The translations under genes were made by a program, and so were the position numbers. This document shows positions 56,764 through 64,000 of a DNA stretch of 64,000 nt, piece after piece. Source of the DNA: Schizochytrium sp. TIO01 (lineage: Eukaryota; Protista; Bigyra: Labyrinthulomycetes). The stretch spans positions 1,441,859 through 1,505,858 of the forward strand of contig SMSO01000006.1 of NCBI GenBank assembly GCA_004764695.1, read 5' to 3'. Each line of letters begins with the position of its first letter. The first letter of the stretch is position 1. Under the pieces are notes generated by a model. The model did not search any database. It saw nothing but the letters and a program-made list of their open reading frames with translations, and was not told the DNA's origin.

Positions 56764-57058
56764 TATGCAGCGCTTGTTACTTGAACTATTTTCCAAACAG
56801 GCATGGGTACGTGGTAGTAATATTTTAATCATGATTGTAATTTATCGAAAGATGATTTTTGATGCTGGCATATTGAAAAGACACATATAAAAAGCTTAAA
56901 TAGATTCGCTGTTATGGAAATTAGTATGAGTAGTTCATCAACGTATAATTTAATGTAATACAACCCACAGGTCGTATGTAAGAAAGTTGGGTCTAAACAT
57001 TAGATGATGATGACTTCAGCAAAGGTAAGGTAGAAAGATGGCGAGTAACCCACCAATC

Positions 57059-58480
57059 TTATGAGTTACCGCGCTGCGGGTGGATGAGGCCTTGAACACC
57101 GTCCACGAGGGACTGTGCGCCTCCATAGCATCCAAGTGCGATAATGCTAAAATTCAGAATCAATCGATACCACGGCTGGGCTTGCCAGCCACCGTGAAGT
57201 TTCATATTCATTACGGGCGGCAAAATGAAGGCAATAACGGCTGTAAATGCACCTCCCAGGGTGGAGATGACTGCATAGTTACTTCCGGCAGTCCAAGCCA
57301 ACAGTCCAGTAGCAATGACCAAAGTGGCACGTGAAATACGTTGCGAATGAGTAAGATCTGAAGAGCCTTCACGTTCACTTTCTGAAGAAGACTGAGACTC
57401 CTGAGAGTCCAGGGAAGCCTGAATAAGTTTACTGTGTTCAGTTGGGTTCATTTGGCTATTGCGATGAATTTTGACCACACGAAAACCGAGGCCAGAAACA
57501 TAATCATCCGAGACAAGTCCAAAAGTTTGCTCAATGAGCTGATGAACAGGAAAGAGACTGAGCGGGTAATTACAACATAACATGACACACATTGCACTCA
57601 TGATAACATAGCCTAGGAAGTTGTGGGATGCAGTGAGATTAGTAAAGATGATCTGCTCAGTATTACTGCCAAAGCATGCATAGGCGTAAATGCCAACAAA
57701 AAGATAAAGTGTAATAGCGACAATATAAGCAGTCTGCACAATGGCCTCAAACTTCTTACGGCCTTTGTTAGAGGCTGTACTATAAATCCCCAAGGCTTCA
57801 GCTGGAGCGGCAAGCGTAAAGCAAGTTACGCCAAAAGCAACCATTGCACCATGAAGGTCCTGAACAAACTCGATATTCTCCAGACGCGGAGGTTGATGAA
57901 ATGCGCTGAAGACAACAACAAATGCCAGCGAGATGAGGAAAAGGATATTTCCAATTTTGGATGTATTTTGCAGAAACGATGGGTCTGGAGCCATGGCAAG
58001 AAATACCTGAATTACAACCATGGCCAGAAGAGTGAAATTTTGGATCATCATTCGGTGGGGGCCATCTTTATCTTCACCGTAAAAGAGGTAGGAAAACATA
58101 GGTGATAGTGTCGCTACAAAGAAAACAAAAAAGGTTGCTACTGCGCAAAACTGGGCCAAGAAAATGCTGACGGACACAATCCATGCGAATCTGCCAAATG
58201 CAATCTCCGCAACCTGAGTAAACCCAACGTCAGATCGCTCAACTTTCTGATTTCTCGCCTCGAACGCGCTGGTCGCCGTGACGGCACATTTCACCAGCTG
58301 CTTGGTGGTTTCTACGGAGAAGGTCGCAATCGTGAGGACTACGAGTGAACCTCCCAAAATACCTGCTTGTCGGAGCGCATAAGGCATTGCAAATGCGCCT
58401 GATCCCACCACCGACTTGAACACGAGGCCAAATTCAGGCGACCTCCATGCCGGCGGAGTGTCTCTCGAGGTGCAAGGCAT
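57059..58480 (-). CDS. Amino acid permease (AAAP/Aa_trans, SLC36/38-like)
   Basis: FKSVVGSGAFAMPYALRQAG, Y..FG..T...I..NL, YPLSLFP, AFILPP; multiple TM helices. Confidence 0.92.
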   Translation of the reverse strand: MPCTSRDTPPAWRSPEFGLVFKSVVGSGAFAMPYALRQAGILGGSLVVLTIATFSVETTKQLVKCAVTATSAFEARNQKVERSDVGFTQVAEIAFGRFAWIVSVSIFLAQFCAVATFFVFFVATLSPMFSYLFYGEDKDGPHRMMIQNFTLLAMVVIQVFLAMAPDPSFLQNTSKIGNILFLISLAFVVVFSAFHQPPRLENIEFVQDLHGAMVAFGVTCFTLAAPAEALGIYSTASNKGRKKFEAIVQTAYIVAITLYLFVGIYAYACFGSNTEQIIFTNLTASHNFLGYVIMSAMCVMLCCNYPLSLFPVHQLIEQTFGLVSDDYVSGLGFRVVKIHRNSQMNPTEHSKLIQASLDSQESQSSSESEREGSSDLTHSQRISRATLVIATGLLAWTAGSNYAVISTLGGAFTAVIAFILPPVMNMKLHGGWQAQPWYRLILNFSIIALGCYGGAQSLVDGVQGLIHPQRGNS

Positions 58481-60149
58481 TTTCCCTTTCAATCTGATCG
58501 CAATTCAGATAAAGGACTGCTTTGGCAAGCTTGAGACTCTTGCGTGATGTGCTTCACGAAGACATCAAAACTTCAATGATACAAACTTCATAATAGTTAG
58601 GTATCTTATCTACGCCGTTCATAGAGTTAAGCTTAAGGCATCCTAATTGTTTTAATTTTAAAAATGCTAATAAACCGTCCAATGTATGCATCTGTGTATG
58701 AGGACATTTACGAAGCGTAGGTGCTTACGCATGTAACTTACGTAAATTATCAAGAGTTGAGATTGAACATGGGCTGGTAATCAAGTAAAATGACAATATG
58801 AAAATATGAGAAAGCAATACAGGGCTCACTCGCACCTATTCCAAGGGTTCAATGAAAGAGAAGCTCAGAGGCAAAAAATAATTTTAAAAGGAAAACGAAG
58901 ACATGGAAAGACTAGCACTAATTGATTACCAATTGTTACGTGTAAGCTGCCTTTAGCATGCTAGAGTCTATTTTACTATCCTTTTCCGATTTCTAAGCAA
59001 ATATAAAGCTATATGGAACCCTTTTGAATATGTTAAATTGTGTCATAAATCGCAAGAGTCAATGCATGTTTTCTTCTTAGGCGCTTATTGTATCTAGCAT
59101 CATAAAGCCTGCTAAGTGACGGACATCGAGACACAATTAGCGCAGACATGTTTCTGAAGAATAATACCTTTGACCAATGGGTAGGCCAACTTAAACACAT
59201 GAACATAATTATACCAGCTGAGCGAAGAGCAATAGGATAGTAACAAAGAATGGAGTACAATTTTCTCGTTTTTCAGAGCTTTGTCATACACTGGGAAATG
59301 AATATGAAACAAATTTACTAAAAACACAGGGCTCACTCGGATTAAAGTAGATGCTTGAACTGTTCAGCTTTCCATGAGAAATGTCAAAGTGTTTGTACAA
59401 AGGCTTGGATATACAAGTTTGAACTCCTTGTCTCTCTTTGGTTGATCTGCTTGAAATTGAGCACCAATACTGATGCTCTTCTGTCCAACGTATGAAAGAA
59501 ACGTGGTTGCCTTATCTTACATCATTTCCACCTTTAAACACGCTAATAGAAATGCCGCAGCATAGGGCAGAGATGCACCAGGATCTTATATTCATTTTAA
59601 TTAAGTTAGGTTTGAATTGATTGCGTATTGACATTTGTAGAATGGGCTGAATGGCAACGCTTTCTTTTGAGACCATTAAGGTATTACCATTTTTCCTTTC
59701 ACCTCTCTTTTCTTTTTTCTTTAAACAGAAAAATGAAGACAAAGATGAAGACAAAGAACAATCGCATTCAAAACTCCCTCCTAAAGACCATTTTCATGTC
59801 TCCTTATAAGAGGTCTGCTGCTTTCCTTGCCGGCATTTACTTTAAAAACATCTCAATACAGGGCCTTTACTATGTGAAAGAAACATGTTCTTATTATTAA
59901 AAATAAAAAAATAAAATTATATCAGTTCTTCTCAAGACGAAAGGGGACGATACACAAAACAGACCCAAATCGCTCATTCATGACCCACAACTTGCGCAAC
60001 ATCGGAGTTTCAAATCGTCCCTGAGTCTAAGCTACGCCTGGAGCTCATTGATTGGAGTGTCCGCCCCCGTGTACGTCAGTCCCCGTGTACAGTGACACTC
60101 GGAGCTTATCGTGGCGGCCCTTGACTTCTTCAATTCCGGCGGGGCCGCC

Positions 60150-61411
60150 ATGATGAGCAGTGCTGCACTTGCGGAAGCGCCGCCTTCAGTGCAATTTGCA
60201 ATGGAGGGCCTAGGGAAGACTGTGTTCACAATAGCTGTGAGTACCTCTACGAGTAACTACATTATAATGTGTCCTTTGGCCCTGTGGATTACTTGCGGAG
60301 GAGCTCACAGTGCCTGGGAAGCCTGGTATTCAGTATACGAATTCCAGGACGACTCTGTCCAAAACGATCAAATTCGTAATCATGGATTCTACACACTTGC
60401 AATACTTGCTCCGGCGCTTGTGAGTGCGGTGTATTGGGTGCATGGCGGACTTTTACTATGTCTAGATGTTTGCAAATGGACGCCGCTATATCGTTATAAA
60501 ATTCAGTCGGAGAAACACCTAGAAATTGGGCGGTTGCCAAAACTCATAGCGAATATTCTTGCAGGGCAGATCTTTTTGGTGTGGCCCCTAGCTATTGTGG
60601 TGTGGTATATCGACCGTATTGAGGTTTCCCCTCGGTTTCCATCTTGTGCGGAGATGTTGGGACAGATGATTGTATTCCTTCTTGTGGACGAGGTTCTGTT
60701 TTACTATGGGCATAGGGCATGTCATGAAATTCCATTTCTGTACAAACATGTACACAAAATCCATCATCAGTTCACTGCTCCTATTGGGTTGGCCGCTGAT
60801 TATTGTCACCCTGCTGAACACCTGTTTATAAATTTAATTCCCAATTTATTGGGTGCACTAATTATACGAGCACACGCCACAACTTACTTGTTCTGGTGGG
60901 TCATGGTACGTTAACAATGCTGAATAAATTAGAATAGAGGCGCCTTTCAACAGGTAATGAGGATATTTCTGTGCTTGCATAATGGAAAAGAATCGGCATG
61001 CAAATCTACTAACAATGAGTACATGGACTGACCTCTTCATGCAATATTATAGACTGTTATTGGTACACAATGTAATCATTCAGGCTACCGTATGTGGTGG
61101 CTGCCATCAAGTGAGGATAATCCAAACATGCACGATTTACATCATCAAGCCTTCATAGGTACGTTTCTATCTTATTCAGTTGCCATGCTTAAATGTCAGT
61201 ATCGCGATGGGAATCGTTGCGAATTGCTACATTTGCTCTTCACTTTTTAATAAGTTATTTGTCAAGGAAAGAAAAACAGAGGTACCTAACCGGCATGGAA
61301 TCATATATATTGATGAATTTCAAAGGTAACTACGGATCGATGGGTGTGCTGGATAAGCTACACAATACATACCGAGATTTTCGTAAAGTTAAAAAACCCA
61401 AAGGGCAGTAG
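60150..61411 (+). CDS. Fatty acid hydroxylase/sterol desaturase family protein (FAXDC2/ERG25-like); exons 60150-60905, 61053-61158, 61326-61411
   Basis: His boxes HRACH, HKIHH, HSGY...HDLHH, then GNYG...LDKLHNT; GCCGCCATG start. Confidence 0.92.
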
Positions 61412-61875
61412 CACAATATGTGGTACTTGTAAATGTTTTTAAGGATCTGTGAATTGATACCATGTTGAATATACTCTTTGATGAGTTGATGAGGTGGTTT
61501 CCAGGGGAGGCTAAATTTAAATTAGAGAGTCCTCGCTAGCATGAATTTTCCTGGAGGAGTTGATACATACATGGTCGACAACAACACTTCAGAATTGAAC
61601 CGTATGGGTTTTTAATTTATTCACACCACATCACATGTGTCATCAAGCGGGGGATGACTCCCTATGGTGAGAGTTTACAATGCGGGGTCTCTTATTTCAA
61701 CCCTGCCTTTCTGTTTGCCAACTTAGAAGATGGGGGCCCTAGAAAGAATAATAACGGTGGGATTTGTGAAAAGGAAGTAATGATGGCCAGCCCCAGGGGA
61801 GCATCACCAGTGGGTGAATTGAAAAAGAGAAATTGGACACCTTACGAAGGCGAAGAGATGTACAAAGCGGTACGC

Positions 61876-63819
61876 TCATGCAAAGATAGCCACCTGCGTA
61901 ACCCAGCAGGCAAAGACTACAACACAGAGAGACTGAATTACACGCTTCCGAAGCAAGCATGCGTCCATAAAGAAGGGAGAAATTGTAGAGTCATCCAAGC
62001 ACTGGTAAGAGGTAGTAGCTTCCTTTGCCATAAGTTTATCAAATAAACTCCAGCTGAAGAACAGAGAGTTGTATTCTGATTCATCATCTTGATTACTGTT
62101 GGAAGCCAGGGAGATTTGATCTTCATGAACTTCACGCTCACTCTGTTCGCCCTGGCCTTGTCGAGGGGCATCCTGAATAGCCCAGTTGCTGCCATCTTCA
62201 TGTTCTTGTGCGCGGTGCTCGGCTTCAGTGGTAGGCTCGGCATCGTTTCCGGAGCCAACACGTCCAACATCCGAGGCAGTCTTAGTCATCATGGAGACAC
62301 CAAAAAGAATCGCTGTGTAAACCCAGAAGCTAACAGCTGCAAAGTGCAAGAAGTTTGCCTGAGTGAAGAAACCGAACATCTTTTTACCCGCGACGTCTTC
62401 AATGACTTCGAGCACCAGACGGCAACCTCCAACGGTGACACCAGTTTTCAAGGTGACTTGGCCGCCACGACGATTCGGAATTCGAGAAATCATACCCCAA
62501 ATGTATACACACAGCAACGGCGGGCCAAGATAAGCCTGTGGCTTGTTGATGATTGTGAAGAGGCTATTGCCAAGATAAGGCATAACTGGGAGCCAAGCAA
62601 GGGCAAGGCCAGCGAGTACAACAATCGTGATACGTCCAACAGAAACAAGACGCTCCTCGGTCGACTCCGGGTACCAATGTTGCCAGATGTTGAGCGCAAA
62701 TAGGGTGCCAGCCGAGTTGAAGACGCTTGCAAGGGCTGACATGAGTGCTGATAGCATGCTGGCAATAATTAGTCCACGCATATTCTTGGGCACAACATTG
62801 AGAACGAGCCACGGATATGCGGTATCAAAGTTAAACTCGGCTTGTTCCTGTGGCGTAAGGCGCTCTTCAACGAGAACACGGGCGCAGAGGCCAGGGACAA
62901 CCATGATAAAGAAAGGGATGAACTTGAGGGTTGCAGCAAAAATGCATCCAACCTGTCCATGCGCAACATTTTTAGCTGCGAGCGTACGTTGGACAATGAC
63001 TTGGTCAACGCCAAAATACCATGGTGCAAATGTGTAGAAGCCGAAGATGAAACCAGTCCAGGGCATTGTCGGGTCAGAGCTGGGGCGGAAGAGATCCATA
63101 AAACGTGGATCGACGTCGTCAAGGTTGTCCACAGATTCGACAAGTCCAGACCAGCCATTGACCGAGTTGAGACAATAGCCAAGCATAAGAAATCCACCAA
63201 GAACGAGAACAACCGTCTGCAAGACTTCGGTGTAGATGACGGCCTCAAGGCCACCAACAACGGTGTAGAGGGTCGTAAAAGCGATGAGGAGGACTACTGC
63301 AAGGGTCTTGTTGACATCAAGGAGCTCGACGAGAATAAGCTGACCGGCAAAGAGGGTTGCACTGATGCGGGACAACACATACACAGCCAGCGAGACGGCG
63401 ATCATAATGGTACGGCACTGGTAGCTGTAACGACGCTCTAGATAGTCTGGTGTGGTTTCTACGCCACTGTTAAGGTAGGTTGGCAGAAAAAACATACCCA
63501 AAAGAAGGATACAAATGACGGCACCAATTTCGTAAAAGGCTGTGGCCACACCAGATTTTGCTGCACCTCCCGCGAGGCCTACAAAGTGTTCACTGCCAAT
63601 GTTACTTGCAAAGAGCGAGAACCCGACAGCCACATAGCGCACGCTGCGATCTGCAAGAAAGTATCCGGCTGTAGACTGTTGTTTACCTCCGCGAAAGCTG
63701 ACCCAGCCGAAAATGATGATCACTACTACATAGTACAGGATAAGGGTGATCCAATCTCCGGGACCCATGGCGGAGCCCAGGTTCTCGCTGGCAACCGTGC
63801 TCGTCGAGGTGTCCGACAT
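61876..63819 (-). CDS. Sodium:solute symporter (SLC5, Na+/glucose or myo-inositol cotransporter-like)
   Basis: GYFLADRS, SLFASNIGSEHFVGLAG, GGLEAVIYTE, DQVIVQRTLAAK, LSALMSALASVFNS. Confidence 0.95.
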   Translation of the reverse strand: MSDTSTSTVASENLGSAMGPGDWITLILYYVVVIIIFGWVSFRGGKQQSTAGYFLADRSVRYVAVGFSLFASNIGSEHFVGLAGGAAKSGVATAFYEIGAVICILLLGMFFLPTYLNSGVETTPDYLERRYSYQCRTIMIAVSLAVYVLSRISATLFAGQLILVELLDVNKTLAVVLLIAFTTLYTVVGGLEAVIYTEVLQTVVLVLGGFLMLGYCLNSVNGWSGLVESVDNLDDVDPRFMDLFRPSSDPTMPWTGFIFGFYTFAPWYFGVDQVIVQRTLAAKNVAHGQVGCIFAATLKFIPFFIMVVPGLCARVLVEERLTPQEQAEFNFDTAYPWLVLNVVPKNMRGLIIASMLSALMSALASVFNSAGTLFALNIWQHWYPESTEERLVSVGRITIVVLAGLALAWLPVMPYLGNSLFTIINKPQAYLGPPLLCVYIWGMISRIPNRRGGQVTLKTGVTVGGCRLVLEVIEDVAGKKMFGFFTQANFLHFAAVSFWVYTAILFGVSMMTKTASDVGRVGSGNDAEPTTEAEHRAQEHEDGSNWAIQDAPRQGQGEQSEREVHEDQISLASNSNQDDESEYNSLFFSWSLFDKLMAKEATTSYQCLDDSTISPFFMDACLLRKRVIQSLCVVVFACWVTQVAIFA

Positions 63820-64000
63820 TTTGCTCTAGTGTTAGAGACTAGCACAGCAACGTTTCAATCTTCAGCAAGCTTGAGGTTTTGCTCAGAAGCTAGTAGCGTA
63901 GTCACGAGGTGAAAGTGAGGTTTTTCTCGTTATGCCTTGGGGGGCGTTTATTGGAAGTCTGATCTAAACTATAGAAGATCTGTTTTGTGACGCGCAAAAG

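Noticed and set aside
58800-59345. Direct repeat ACAGGGCTCACTCG about 507 bp apart
   Set aside because: Only about 14 bp with weak flanking similarity; no TSD or element structure.
62089-63441. Long antisense ORFs opposite the SLC5 gene (likewise opposite FKBP, coactosin and UVSSA)
   Set aside because: Expected shadows of codon-biased genes; no independent coding signal.

Overview
Eukaryotic genomic DNA with short GT-AG introns, dense microsatellites and about 17 host protein-coding genes. The gene set and repeat style suggest a stramenopile protist, probably a thraustochytrid/labyrinthulomycete; this is inference only. The left end holds a complete, very recent Ty1/copia LTR retrotransposon (821-6278). 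It has identical 197-bp LTRs, a CAAAC target-site duplication, non-canonical TATTG...CAATA termini, a half-tRNAiMet primer site and a (CCTAA)n telomere-type array inside the LTR. A diverged solo LTR of the same family (33159-33385, TSD CTTGC) ends 13 bp upstream of the ATG of a peroxisomal acyl-CoA oxidase. Host genes include an MRH-domain protein, PCBD, OPA3, COX19 (with a long overlapping downstream ORF), a 1815-aa EF-hand/dsRBD/ankyrin/WW/TRAF-Zn/Gly-rich/Tudor mosaic, a FAIM-like/PX/PDZ protein, ACOX, STIMATE/TMEM110, an ER FKBP (frameshifted), an RCC1-repeat protein, coactosin, a MAP2K, UVSSA, an amino-acid permease, a sterol-desaturase-family enzyme and an SLC5 symporter. There is also an island of decayed ORFs (30.3-33.1 kb) that includes a PD-(D/E)xK nuclease resembling Crinkler-type effectors. 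No rRNA, tRNA or CRISPR array was recognised. All family assignments are by eye from motifs, and exon boundaries are manual predictions.
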